A stretch of DNA of 63,248 bases, filler included, from Licmophora abbreviata (Eukaryota), in assembly GCA_900291995.1 (NCBI GenBank). It is 24 parts of 24 records of this genome, joined end to end, with 100 filler letters (N's around TTAATTAATTAA, not from the genome) between each part and the next. Parts side by side here need not be neighbours in the genome. Positions count along the whole stretch, not along the records: positions 1 to 5,007 come from OLMU01005414.1; positions 5,108 to 6,988 come from OLMU01005417.1; positions 7,089 to 15,818 come from OLMU01005418.1; 21 more parts are not named here. The stretch is one strand, 5' to 3'. The notes beneath the pieces were generated by a model. That model saw only the letters and a program-made list of their open reading frames with translations. It was not told the DNA's origin and made no database searches. Position numbers and translations under genes: made by a program. This document shows positions 1 through 11,435 of this stretch, piece after piece. Numbering within the stretch: position 1 is the stretch's first letter; every line of letters starts with the position of its first letter.

Positions 1-105
1 AGAGTCTGATCGTGGAAGTTCAAAAGTGCTGAGGTGCTTGTGCAGCTTTGTCTGGAATCGTACGACAACAGCATGTTCACACCGCTTCGTCGTTTGTCTT
101 TCTAG

Positions 106-474
106 TTGGCTATTGGGTGGGAATACCTCGAGGAACAAAAAATACCGGTGGAAAAGTACGAGGCTATGAAACCGCGAAGACGATCGTTAGATGACCTGGA
201 GCTTAACTACTTCACACGAAAAAGAATCCTTCGACGGTTCAGTGGAGTCAGTGACGACGAGATACGACAGGCCACAGACGAGGTACACAAAGTTCAGAGG
301 CAGCGATCACGAACAAAGCGAATGCTTCCGATGCAGAAGATAGAAGAGACCTGCGAGTCTGTAGGACGGAAATTTGGAAATGCTCTACACATTGGAAGGC
401 GTAAGGAATCGCGCAAGTCTCGTCTCGATCCGCGTTCGGCACCAGCGACAACGCCTGTGACGCGCCTACCCTAG
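106..474 (+). CDS. 3' exon of a hypothetical protein (LAIGWEY...TRKRIL...EIRQA motif); 5' part lies outside the window
   Basis: The ORF begins right after a pyrimidine-rich ...TTCTAG acceptor at 105. The translation is protein-like and ends at a stop at 474. Confidence 0.6.
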   Translation: MAIGWEYLEEQKIPVEKYEAMKPRRRSLDDLELNYFTRKRILRRFSGVSDDEIRQATDEVHKVQRQRSRTKRMLPMQKIEETCESVGRKFGNALHIGRRKESRKSRLDPRSAPATTPVTRLP

Positions 475-1117
475 CCACCATCATTGAGAATATGAACAGA
501 CTTTGTAAGAATACATCTATTGTAGACTCTTGATTGCACAATCGTGGGCCGTGTTGCTATTATTGCGAACTCGTTAAACACCGGAATGACTGACTGACTC
601 GACTCACTCAAGGACGCGGACGACAATGTGAAGCTCGAACCTCCCCGAATCCCTCAATTCGCTTTGCCAAGGATGGCAATTCTAACATTGCTCATCACAT
701 TGCCTACTCGATGGTGCTATCACACTACCTACAAGCAAGACTCCAATGTGGCGCAGTTGCCTTGACAGATCAAACTTGCCCATAAGGCACGCATACTAAC
801 TTGCACTCGACCTGTATCGACTCAATCGTAACACTACAGGGTATCACTTGTGAAACTGCAACTGTTGAGTAAAGGACGACAGGTACCAGGGGGTAGCAGG
901 TAGTCTAGACCTCTTTAGCGGTAGGTATAGAGTTGAATGTCAGAAGTCGAGTGAGTCAGTCGAGTCGTCAATACGAGCGGAGGCACAGACGCCGCGACGC
1001 CAGACAACCACGAAATCATCGCAACAGACCAAAAAACATAAAACATCATATCCTGGCTGCCATATTCTCACAATTCCAATATCCCGGCGCTATATCCAGC
1101 GGAAAGACCGAATCACG

Positions 1118-3773
1118 ATGGCTAAAGTCAAGAAGGAACAACCACTAAAGGACCCGGGGCCTCCAGACCTATCTGCGGCATCAGAAGAAGAGGAGGAGGA
1201 GGACAGCGTCTATGACTCGGATGCCCCCTATGGCGATGACGAATCGTCTGTCGAGGAGAACGACGCCGACAATTCAGTCGACAGTGCGGACAGAGTGGCG
1301 GACTCGGACGACGAATTCGAGGACCAAGGGTCTTCTGACGAGGACGAAGATCGCTTGGTAGATCAGCAGCAAGATGATGACTTGTCGGATGGGGGCGTTG
1401 AAATCCTTGACGAGTTCGAAGAGTTCGACCTGGTCCCTCGGGCGTGGAAGAAGCCTACCAAGCGAACGAATCGCGGAGCATCAAAAGAAACAACTGGCGT
1501 GAACCAGGACGACCCCCACGGGGGAAAAGCAGAATGGATTCATACTGACGACTTGTCGAGCGACGATGAAGACGATGATGGGACAATGAATCGAATTGGT
1601 AGAGTGCCACTTCATTGGTACGATGAATATGAGCACGTCGGCTATAATTCTCACGGGCTGAAAGTTGGAAAATCTGCCAGTTTGAATGGAGGAGATCGAT
1701 TGGATCAAGCCATAGCGAACAGCGAAAACCAAGCCAAAGGAAAGTTTGTTGTGCACGATGCTTTGAACGACAAAGACTTCGAATTGACGGCTCGACAGTT
1801 GGAACTGATTCGTCGTGTTCAATCTGGAGCTTTCGCCCACCCTGAGTTTGATGGCAACGCTGAATACATTGACTATTACTCGGGCGTTGACAAAGAGATT
1901 TCGGGAATTATGTCACATCGTAATCAGCCAAAAGCACGGTTCCTACCGAGCCAATGGGAGAAACTTCAAGTGCAGCGTCTTCTGGACAAACTTGAGAGGG
2001 GACACATCAACATGGACTACCTCACCGGCAAGGTCCGCGACATGAACGATGTTAACAACCCAAATGAAGATTCCAGGAAGCCATTCATGCTATGGGATGG
2101 TAATGAAGATGACGAGCTGTCTATGACAAAAGGACCTCAACACATCGCTGCTCCAAAGCTGCCGCCGCCTGGGCACGCGGAGAGCTACATCCCTCCTGAC
2201 GAGTACTTGCCGACGCAGGAGGAGAAGAAGCAATGGGAGGAAATGCCCCCCAAAGACCGTCCCTACGGTCTCGTCGTCCCCCAAAAGTTCCCAAACCTGC
2301 GGTCGGTAGGCGCCTACCCTCACTCGGTGCGCGAGGCTTTCGAGAGGTGCCTTGATTTGTACCTCTGCCCCCGTGTCATGAAAAGACGTCTGAACATTGA
2401 TCCTGAGAGCCTTGTTCCACAACTTCCCAAGGCCAGCGATTTGCGCCCTTTCCCCACGGCGAAGTGCATTGAATACAAGACTCCATTCGATGGTGATGAG
2501 CCGCCCTTGATTCGCTGCGTCAGTCCAAGTCCAGATGGGCAGTTCATGGCGAGCGGCGCAAGCGACGGGTGTGTCCGTATCTGGGAGGTACAGACTGGCC
2601 GGCTTCTTCGTAGCTGGAATCTATCGGAAGTGGTTGGATCCTTGAGGTATGACCGAGATGAGCCGGTAGAGGATCAATCAATCAAGTCTGTCGTGTGTGT
2701 TTCCTGGAACCCGAATCAATCGCATCACTGCTTGCTCGCAGCCATCGGAAGTTGCGCTGTCGTCATTGCGACTGGTACAGGTGACGAGCAGAATGCCGCG
2801 TTGACCGAAGCCCTGCTTTCAGCGGCAGAAAAGGGTGGAAGAGTTACAAATGACAGAGCCTCCAAAGCGGTCAAATGGTCCACCGTCGATACCGATACTC
2901 CCGGCAAACCACTCAGCGCTGCCTCTGCAAAATCTGGGGTTATCGCTGTGCTCAAGACAACCCGGGAAGTGGCGAGCACTCGTTGGCATCGCAGGGGAGA
3001 CTACTTCGTTACTGTTAGTCCTAAGGCTGGCGCGGCAGCCGTGCTCATTCACCAGCTTAGCAAGGGCAATTCACAGCAGCCGTTCAGCAAGACGAAAGGC
3101 GAAGCTCAGCTGGCATGCTTCCATCCGAACAAACCATTTTTGTTTGTGGCAAGCCAACAACATGTCCGTGTGTACCATTTAGTTAAGCAAACAATGGTGA
3201 AACGTAAGTGCTATGCGGCTACCGGGTCAAACATGGCTTGGAATGTTGTATGGGGCGTAACTGACCACGGTGCTCTGTTGTCTTCTATGTTTAGGTCTTG
3301 TCTCTGGATGTCGCTGGATCTCGTCGTTGGATGTCCACCCCACGGGTGATCACCTGATCGTTGGAAGTCTGGACCGTCGGATGATCTGGTTTGATCTCGA
3401 CTTGTCAACTACACCATACAAAACACTCAAGTATGTATTTTCATTTCTTGCTTGCAAATCCTGCACAACATTTTCTAACAATATCACTATCGTCTGACCC
3501 GTCAGGTACCATGAACGTGCGGTTCGCTCGGTGGGTTTTCACGGTCGCTACCCCTTGATGGCTAGCGCGTCTGACGACGGCGCCGTACACGTCTTCCATA
3601 GCATGGTCTACTCGGACCTGATGCGAAACCCTTTGTTGGTCCCCGTAAAGATCCTGAAAGGTCACTCTATCCACAAGAAGCTGGGTGCGTTGACTCTTGC
3701 ATTCCACCCAACGCAGCCTTGGCTGTTCAGCGGTGGAGCAGACGGACGCCTCTTCCTCTACCAAGATATCTAA
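1118..3773 (+). CDS. BOP1: Ribosome biogenesis protein BOP1/ERB1 (PeBoW complex, WD40); 3 exons: 1118-3203, 3295-3430, 3506-3773
   Basis: Acidic N-terminus, [21 protein letters not shown] and [12 protein letters not shown] motifs, WD40 repeats and a C-terminal [19 protein letters not shown] introns at 3204-3294 and 3431-3505 restore the frame (KRLVSG; LKYHE). Confidence 0.96.
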
Positions 3774-5108
3774 AGCTAGACAGAAGCGATAAAAGCAGTG
3801 ACTGCGCTTGATATAATCTCCACGTGATCTACTTTTAAATATTTCCGGTGATACAACGGAAAAATACCAGTGTTGATCCCAGCAGACTTTGCCTTGTCAT
3901 CTGGCCGATTCGCTCAAGGCTAATTGCAGTGTCAACGAGGTACTCGTAAGCCACATCAAAAACCGGACAGTAAGTTTTCCGTCCGTTGCAAGATGGTTTC
4001 TATCGAGACAAAGGGCGACTCCAAAGGCATGGAATTGAATTACCTACGTTGCCGTCGACGCACCAACCATGAAAGAAAAGCTTACCACGAGCTGGGTTGG
4101 ACAAACTTCGATCGATCTATCACCTACTCTAGCAGGAACTGAGTTCAATGTCGAGTCACTTTTCTCATGAGGCGCTGGCATACGTCCTCTCGCAGGAAAC
4201 ACGACGTTCGCGATGAAATCGAGCGACGACTTCCGGAAAAGAAATCATGGCGTCGCTCGACGCTCAACCCGCATTTGTTTCTTTCTCTCAAAGAAGAAGA
4301 AAGCTAGGCCGAACAAGTGATCCTATCACATGCCGATTTAGCACAGTGGAAGGGACTGTTGCTGGATCTCGTTCTCGTGCGGAGTGGTGCAGTAGCGATA
4401 CACCCCTCCGAGCCGCGATGTTTTGTGCTATATGTACATGTAGAAAAAAACAACGCAGTTAAGAAATGAGTAGTGTATCGCCGTTATGACTCGTATGATT
4501 CCAACAGAGGAAGCACATTTGTACGTTCTGACCCAGCATTAAGCTGGGTCATGGAAATCAGCCTTAAGGACGGCGAGTGGGGCGAAGCCAAGAAGCCAGC
4601 AAAACGCCGGCATGACTCTTTACTCCACCAAGAAAGTTCCTATACCAAAGTGTCTGGTCCCCATTCCCGCGGACAGTGCAGCCGAATGACGGCAGCGCTG
4701 GGGATAGGAGCAATTGAGCTTTGGTGCGCCAAGTAGACAGTCTAGAATGCTCGCAGCTACATACATATACAGACCAAAGACTATCCTGACGATGATCTCT
4801 TTCGTCTTCGAAGAACGCAATGAATCTGCTCCAAATACTGAATGTGATCTTCTACGGCAACGCCAAAGATGGGACGCAGCTGCTATTCCGGTCGGTCGGT
4901 ATCTGCATCAGCTGTGCATCAAGTTGAAAGTGGGATGAAAGGGCCACATTTGTCTCCGTCCGCCCGTCCGTCGCCCACCGTCTTCCATTGTTTTAAAAAG
5001 TCCAAAANNNNNNNNNNNNNNNNNNNNNNNNNNNNNNNNNNNNNNNNNNNNTTAATTAATTAANNNNNNNNNNNNNNNNNNNNNNNNNNNNNNNNNNNNN
5101 NNNNNNNG

Positions 5109-6584
5109 GCATGCTACCTCATAGGTGGAAAAGGGCGTCACTCGGTAGCGGCATCGATGGCAGGTAGTACTACAAACTGGATGTTCCCTGCCTATGTCAA
5201 TATGACAAATGGAGGGGCGGCATCGAAAGTAAGCCGAGTTATCCAGAAGTGTCTCGATGGCGGTGTCGAGGGCATTCCAAAAGCAACAAGAAGTCATGGG
5301 ATTCGTGTGTCATCGAGTGACGATATGACCTTCAATGTGTTTATCAATATCTTTGACGCCATTGCTCGTGGTGGATGGGATTGCAAGGTGGATACAATGC
5401 TCTTCTACTATCTGACCCAGAAACTTCATGTCGCAACCGCGGGAAAGGCCCTTGCAGGATGGCGTGACCCGAGAATGCATGTGGCGGCTCCAACATTGGA
5501 TGCATTTCTTACGACGGGAAACAAGGAGCAAGTTGAAAGCTTGGCTAATGAGGTGTTTGTCGGTGTGGGTGTCCCGGAATTACAAGGCGAGCTGAAGTAT
5601 TTTCGTGACACAATGCTTGCCTCGCTCCTTATGTATAACGACGATGTTAAGAAACAGATTGGCGCCGATGCGCTTATTGTCACGTTTCTTGTTCACAAAG
5701 CTCAAACCTGCAATATCTCTGTGGCGACGCTTCGAGAATGGGGCGAGAAAGTCAAAGAGCGATTCGAAATGGCGAACGCACAGAACTTGGGCAAAGAAGG
5801 ATCCGAGACGGAACGGACCCAGAGAATAGTTGAACTTCTTCAAGAGACTGCAATCTCTACAAAGCAGACAAACAATCAGCTTCAGGAAAATCTCAAAAAC
5901 GTCATGGCAAATCAGAGGACTATGATGGATGCACTAGAGACACTAGTCGCTCACCAGCAGTACTATGGATCATGTGAGAGCCCCAGCAGCCGGAGACGAA
6001 AGCAGCCCAGGACTAGCCCGGACTCAGCTACTACCGCCGCGACCACAGTAGGCACAACGATTACTCCTGCAGCAGCAGCGCGCTCAGCAAAGCCTGCAAA
6101 CTCTCTACAAGCCATGATGAAGAATCGTGTTCGCACCAACGTTCAGCCGCACTTCAATGGAATGACGACTTGGGATTGCGCCAAGCTTGTAGTCGAGATC
6201 GTGAAGCAGGGCATCAACGTGAAGGCTGATTGCTGTTTTGGTTCTGGACTTGGAGCTCCGGTCAAACAGGCCCAGAAGAAGGGTAAGAACGTGTATGCGG
6301 CCATGCGGGATGCTACCCCCGAAGACAAGACGTGCTACTTCGATCCTGGGACATGTCCCAAGTCTGGAACACCAGAGCGAGGCGCGTGGTTGGCGACAAT
6401 GGAGGGGTTCCTACCGGAAATTCAGCAGCAGCTTGCGAGAAGACTTGTTATAGAGTGGCAAGAGGCTCAAGGGATTCAACTGGATCTCCCAAAGTTGGAG
6501 TCGAAAATCAGCAACCAGGCAACGACAGTAAGCGCAATCTCGGGGCTAATGGACAAGATCGGCGCTACGAAAAACAAGAAATAG
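5109..6584 (+). CDS. Tyrosine recombinase, Crypton-like (5' truncated at contig edge), with a long C-terminal extension
   Basis: The frame is open from the contig edge (ACYLIGG...). Box-II catalytic residues appear in order: SHGIR (HxxR), ARGGW (W in the H/W position) and FYYL (Tyr nucleophile 10-11 aa later), then GKALAGW. A coiled-coil-like stretch and a further globular region follow. Confidence 0.72.
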   Translation, partial: ACYLIGGKGRHSVAASMAGSTTNWMFPAYVNMTNGGAASKVSRVIQKCLDGGVEGIPKATRSHGIRVSSSDDMTFNVFINIFDAIARGGWDCKVDTMLFYYLTQKLHVATAGKALAGWRDPRMHVAAPTLDAFLTTGNKEQVESLANEVFVGVGVPELQGELKYFRDTMLASLLMYNDDVKKQIGADALIVTFLVHKAQTCNISVATLREWGEKVKERFEMANAQNLGKEGSETERTQRIVELLQETAISTKQTNNQLQENLKNVMANQRTMMDALETLVAHQQYYGSCESPSSRRRKQPRTSPDSATTAATTVGTTITPAAAARSAKPANSLQAMMKNRVRTNVQPHFNGMTTWDCAKLVVEIVKQGINVKADCCFGSGLGAPVKQAQKKGKNVYAAMRDATPEDKTCYFDPGTCPKSGTPERGAWLATMEGFLPEIQQQLARRLVIEWQEAQGIQLDLPKLESKISNQATTVSAISGLMDKIGATKNKK

Positions 6585-6618
6585 AGTCCATAGCTCAAAC
6601 TATTAACCATTTTAATCA

Positions 6619-6987
6619 TTATATGATAGATCTATTTGTGGAAGTATGCACCGAAGCCTGGACTTCAATAGCACCATCGCAATGGGCGAACGAATCCCAT
6701 AGCTTTTCAACGTCGACATGAGTGACCTGCACATCGTCATCGAATAGGACTTTATTCAAGCAATCTAAGACAAACTTGAGCAGATTGTCAGCGTCCGCCT
6801 TTCCGATTGCAATTCCACTGGGTGCACTGCCTTTCAGCTTTTGTCCTTCACGGTTGTTTGCGACAAAATGAGAGTTCGGTCTCCGCAGCCAAAACCGAAT
6901 CGAGACCGACACTGGCATACCCCGCGGAAATAGAGGCTTGCTTCGAGCGCCCGGTGGCAGCAAACTCATCACAGAACGACGAAACGA
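6619..6987 (-). CDS. rusA: RusA-family Holliday junction resolvase (5' truncated at contig edge)
   Basis: KADADNLLKFVLDCLNKVLFDDDVQV matches the RusA DxDNxxK...DD catalytic signature. It is preceded by VSVSIRFWLRRP, and the frame is open to the gap. Confidence 0.88.
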   Translation of the reverse strand, partial: SFRRSVMSLLPPGARSKPLFPRGMPVSVSIRFWLRRPNSHFVANNREGQKLKGSAPSGIAIGKADADNLLKFVLDCLNKVLFDDDVQVTHVDVEKLWDSFAHCDGAIEVQASVHTSTNRSII

Positions 6988-7461
6988 CNNNNNNNNNNNN
7001 NNNNNNNNNNNNNNNNNNNNNNNNNNNNNNNNTTAATTAATTAANNNNNNNNNNNNNNNNNNNNNNNNNNNNNNNNNNNNNNNNNNNNTTTTCTGCGCGC
7101 AAGCCAGGCCGAACCTTTTTTATTTTGGTTCCACTAATGTGTAAGAGCGAGCTGGCATCCCCGAACCCTGAGTTCTCCCTTGCAGGCGCGCTGAATGAAT
7201 TCGAAAGTCACCTGTCTGTGTTAGACACTACCAGGTACATACAAGTCTCCACAGACAGACCAACAGAGAAAACAAAACGAAACAAAAGCCCCCGCTTGTT
7301 TGAATCAATCGAATCAATCACTCTCATCGGCGTCTCCCGGACAGGGATACGATGAACGCGCCGCCGAAACTTCTTGTCGTGGTGGCATAATCAAGCATGA
7401 GAGAGCATCCATCACTTCTTGTCGTGGATACGGTACTGTACACGGTAGTGCCCGTCTTTGA

Positions 7462-9069
7462 ATGACCAGATCGATATACTGTACTTCGAAGTACGAAGCA
7501 ATCGAAAACATGAGCAATGAACGCTCATCGCTCGCCATCAACGAATGCCAGTCCAGCAACATCACCAATCTTTTGTGCCAACTACGCGACAAGAAAGATG
7601 ACACCAACGCTGTTCAACAACTTCTGAAGCAGCTTAAATTAGAGGCTGGACCAGCCGTGACGATCGATCTTCTGGTAAACTGCCTCTTTGTGGGAGCGAC
7701 GACGGCTCTTCCATTGTCCAGTCAAGACGCTCTGTCCGTCATGCTGTTGCTGGCTACCTCCGATACTCAATCCTATCTTAGGCCGGCGTCTCGTGCTGTC
7801 AAGGCGTACGCAGAGCAACTTCAGACTGATGCTTCGCATGGGAAGCCTGTCACCATTTCAGACGAGCTGCTCTCTGTTTTCGTGGCCCAGTTGAGTGGAA
7901 GTGATGTCGAGGTATCGTCGAACGCCATCGTGACGTTGAGGGCGTGCTGCAAGGTATTGGGGTCGACCTTTTCCGATCGTGCCATCAGATCGATATTGGA
8001 AAGTTGGAACACAGTCATGAACCGGATTGATGGGCGGCAGGATGCTACGACGATTGGTGTACGATGTGCTACTGCTGTCGTGGAAATTGCATGTCTCAAT
8101 GACACATCTATCAACTCGGCTGTCTCATCCGGAGCCATGGAACTCCTGCTCGCCATGATGAGAGACGACACTGACCCGCTTCTTCAAATGTCTACTCTTG
8201 ACCTGATAGAACGCCTTGCTACGGTGCATCCCATGCATAGCGGTCGCTCGAAATGGTTGTTCACGAGCAGTGTGCTCCATCCTTTGCTTCTCATGGCAGG
8301 ACAGGAAGAGTATCCCGACCCCATCCTCGGCGGTCCTGCCTTACGTGTCTTGTCCCGAATCTGCCGTTTGAGTCAACAGGACTCAAGCTTGTTTCATCTC
8401 GGTGGAAGCGAACTCTTGACTGGCTTCCACCATGCACTGAGGAATTTTGACGGACGAAGCGAGTTGGATCGCCTTGCGCTCATCGATGCGATTTCGTCAT
8501 TTGCCTCGGCATCGCCCGACGCCCTCGAGGTTGTACTCGAGGACTCGGAAGTGCGGAAGGCATGGCTATCTCTGGCGGTGGCACAACCAAAACTCAAATC
8601 GTCCATCCTGGTATCGGTGGCGCAAGTGTTGGATCCCCCTCCCGAATTGGATGCTGCCGGTGACTCCATTATGATATCGAACGTTCCCACCAACTCATTG
8701 ACGCTGCGATTGTTTTCAACTTTGGGACTGACGAATGACAAGGATGCGACAGAGCTGCTTATGTCTCTTGCGAAAAGCCCACTTGTAGAGACGCGTCTTG
8801 GGGCCTACGCGCTACTGAAAGCGGTCGCCAAACGGGGGACAGGATCTCAAGTACTACTGTCTCACGGTGGATTCTTCGAGTTCCTCGTGGGTCGCGAAGT
8901 AGAGAGAACAAAAGAAGGAAAGGAAGCGAAGTTTGCAATTGTAGAAGCCGTCATGGGTAGTGAAGCACGAAGCTTGCTTGCCGACAAGATCGTCAATGCA
9001 CTCGACCAGATACTGAAAGAGGGGCCGTACTACGTGAAGACACAAACTTGGGACGTGCAAACTGAATAA
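7462..9069 (+). CDS. PSMD5: 26S proteasome assembly chaperone PSMD5 (S5b/Hsm3)-like ARM-repeat protein; start may be the ATG at 7510
   Basis: 535-aa helical ARM-like ORF with DPLLQMSTLDLI, and a C-terminal KEGKEAKFAIV...LKEGPYYVK typical of the family. Confidence 0.75.
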   Translation: MTRSIYCTSKYEAIENMSNERSSLAINECQSSNITNLLCQLRDKKDDTNAVQQLLKQLKLEAGPAVTIDLLVNCLFVGATTALPLSSQDALSVMLLLATSDTQSYLRPASRAVKAYAEQLQTDASHGKPVTISDELLSVFVAQLSGSDVEVSSNAIVTLRACCKVLGSTFSDRAIRSILESWNTVMNRIDGRQDATTIGVRCATAVVEIACLNDTSINSAVSSGAMELLLAMMRDDTDPLLQMSTLDLIERLATVHPMHSGRSKWLFTSSVLHPLLLMAGQEEYPDPILGGPALRVLSRICRLSQQDSSLFHLGGSELLTGFHHALRNFDGRSELDRLALIDAISSFASASPDALEVVLEDSEVRKAWLSLAVAQPKLKSSILVSVAQVLDPPPELDAAGDSIMISNVPTNSLTLRLFSTLGLTNDKDATELLMSLAKSPLVETRLGAYALLKAVAKRGTGSQVLLSHGGFFEFLVGREVERTKEGKEAKFAIVEAVMGSEARSLLADKIVNALDQILKEGPYYVKTQTWDVQTE

Positions 9070-9079
9070 CCTCGATACT

Positions 9080-9990
9080 AATATTGCGTCCTTCCACCGC
9101 GCTTTTCTTTCATTTCGTTTTCTGCATCATGGAGTATATTCTCGTGACACTCGAATCTTGTCCAATCCGCAGGTCAGAGCCGCACGAGACCTCTTCCGCC
9201 GGGCCAAGTTTCGCCATTAGCATCTCCATGCAGACGTTGCCTTCAGCAGGAAAAGCCTACCCTCGAATCGCTACTTTCCCGACTCCATTTCCCTATTCTC
9301 TGGATACCCGTCAGCGAACCCTTTTGTCAGGGTGGCAATACGAACAAAGTACGGCGTGATGTATGCGTGATCGTAACCAACACTCTCTCCTACCTTCAAA
9401 ATAGCCGCTTGTCAAACAGATGCCTTCAACGTGGACACGGCACGTAGTTGTGCAAACGCGGGACGCTGCCCATAAATGGCCTCACCAGTCCTGACGAATC
9501 TTCTCGTATTTCGCGTGAGGCTGGGAGAGGAGCTCGTCAGGTTCAAAATGCTTCAAGGTCATGGTCAACAGTGCTACCGAGTTGTCCGTGCTTACTGCGG
9601 GGACTGATATATGTCTTTGAATTTCGCACACGCTTGAGCAAGGACTGGAATCGTGCGATCTGGGAGTTTGTGTAGTCTGAGTTTGAGTTTGCCTCGGCCA
9701 TGTGGGTACACATTCCAAAGAACTCTGCAACGATGCAGAGGCCACGTTGGAAGTTAGCACAAAACAGGCAGAGTAGTCAAGACGCAAAGGTGTTGCCGTA
9801 CGTACGTATGGGAGCATCTTTTGTACCTCTGCGTCGACCATCTCCTTTAATTCATGTAGCCACTGTATCTTGTCGTGTGGGTGTATCTCCAACAGACCCC
9901 GGGTCAGTCTTGAAGCCTAACCGCCCCATTCCACTATCCACCAACGCGTGCCACCGTAAGTTCCGCTTGCGGAGGACGTCCATCGCCATC
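9080..9990 (-). CDS. Probable multi-exon hypothetical gene; boundaries approximate
   Basis: Several GTACGT/GTAAGC/GTGAGG donors and CAG/TAG acceptors on the minus strand link protein-like segments (WLHELKEMVDAEVQKMLP; EFFGMCTHMAE...; LLTMTLKHFEPDELL). The complete model could not be resolved. Confidence 0.35.
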
Positions 9991-10764
9991 GTACGTGTCT
10001 TATTGACAAGCAGTGATACAGCTGAATCCGATTATATATATTTTTAGGTGGCGTCCCACTCCGTCCCACTCGCTGATGAAGCATCGTCTTCTACAAAGAC
10101 AGCCTTGGAAGCTGCCATCTGACGATTGCGAGAATCCTTGGCAACATCTTTGATCCCACCGAAGAGTCCTGCCACAGGCAATACGGACTTCGTCGCTGGC
10201 GTCGACATCGTGATTCCGTTCAAAGGTGACGCGGCTTTGATGGGTTTCGCATGGATCGAGTGTTCCATTGGCCGCAGGCGTGTTTCTACCGCTATCGCTT
10301 CTCGAGCTCGTCTATGCGCCCGAAATTTGATTCATAAGAACGGCACGAACTTCTTTTGCGAGATCCTGTCCTGACATATTGGATAGCGTCGCTGCTGAGC
10401 TGTTCGAAACGGGGGCATCAAAATGAGGATCGTCCCGTTTGGGCATCTCGGCACTCTGTGTCCTGGACGCTTCATCCGATGTTCAGTGTCTCTGATCGAT
10501 GAACGTAAGGCTATCTGTTGCGGACTTGTGTGGCTTCCCACAGGTCCTCGTATTTTGTATTTTGTTTGACCGATCGATGTCGTATGTGTTGCTTTGCGGC
10601 GCCGGGCTTGCGGGATCGCGGCCCCCTGACCCGCGCGATGAGGAGGCGCTCATTTTCTCTCGTCGTCGTCACATCAGCATCATCAATCACGGATTCTGAC
10701 CTGTGTTCGCCTACAAACTACAAACACTGCGTCGTTGCTGTGGCCATCTGCTGCACTGTCCAAA

Positions 10765-11427
10765 ATGGCGTCGCCACCCAACACGTACACGGGGCGCTCG
10801 AGTGATGTATCGTCAAAGACGAGTCGAAAGAAAAAACGCACAAAGAGAAGTCGTGGCGGAACAGTTGAAGAGTCACCGGGGACCGCGGAACCGGACGAGC
10901 CGCTTCGGGGCGTAGTCGTAGCTGTTTCAACGTTGGATGTCAAGGGACAGGAACATGCTGAGTCGCAATCGTCTTATTCAGCAATCTCAGAGCTCTGTCG
11001 AAACGCTGGTGCGACGGTGACGGGGCAGGTGCACAAGAAAGTATCGTACGTTGTGTGCAACCCTTCTGCTGTACAGAACTCTACACAGCGGGTGCGCAAG
11101 GCTCTAAAGAAGAGTATCCCGATTGTAGATGTAGCATGGGTACGGCACTGTGTACAGCAAAGACAGCGTGTGGACGACGAATCCTACCGACTTGATGACT
11201 CGGCACGGGCCATTTTCGAAGCGAGACCATCAGCGGCTTCTCATGAAGCGGTCGAAAGGGTAATACAAGTGACGACAGAGGACTTGACATGTGCACCGGA
11301 GGACGCTTGGACTGAACCGGTTGTGCTTGGTTGCTGCTGCGTTTGCCATGAGAATGGAGACGAGCAATGTCCGTGGTGTGAAGATTGCGACGTTAACAAA
11401 GCTAGGAAACGACAAAGGCGAACGTAG
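10765..11427 (+). CDS. Single BRCT-domain protein with a C-terminal Cys-rich cluster
   Basis: LRGVVVAVS...GATVTGQVHKKVSYVVC...KALKKSIPIVDVAWVRHC is a BRCT pattern. The C-terminus has CCCVCH...CPWCEDC, and there are basic NLS-like tracts. Confidence 0.8.
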   Translation: MASPPNTYTGRSSDVSSKTSRKKKRTKRSRGGTVEESPGTAEPDEPLRGVVVAVSTLDVKGQEHAESQSSYSAISELCRNAGATVTGQVHKKVSYVVCNPSAVQNSTQRVRKALKKSIPIVDVAWVRHCVQQRQRVDDESYRLDDSARAIFEARPSAASHEAVERVIQVTTEDLTCAPEDAWTEPVVLGCCCVCHENGDEQCPWCEDCDVNKARKRQRRT

Positions 11428-11435
11428 CCAGTTTG

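Larger units (their letters stand above)
5108..6988. mobile_element. Putative tyrosine-recombinase DNA element (internal fragment; YR + RusA)
   Basis: The whole contig consists of two convergent recombination genes with no visible introns, 34 bp apart. Element termini are not visible. Confidence 0.5.

Noticed and set aside
587..969. Imperfect inverted GACTC/GAGTC runs as MITE terminal inverted repeats
   Set aside because: The match is low-complexity and imperfect, no target-site duplication is evident, and the motif also occurs singly elsewhere.
3780..5007. Short ORFs downstream of BOP1
   Set aside because: All are under 90 aa with no recognisable motifs, so they were treated as intergenic.
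10044..10660. Possible minus-strand gene ending ...SGTEWDAT
   Set aside because: The C-terminus is protein-like, but no consistent start or splice model could be built.
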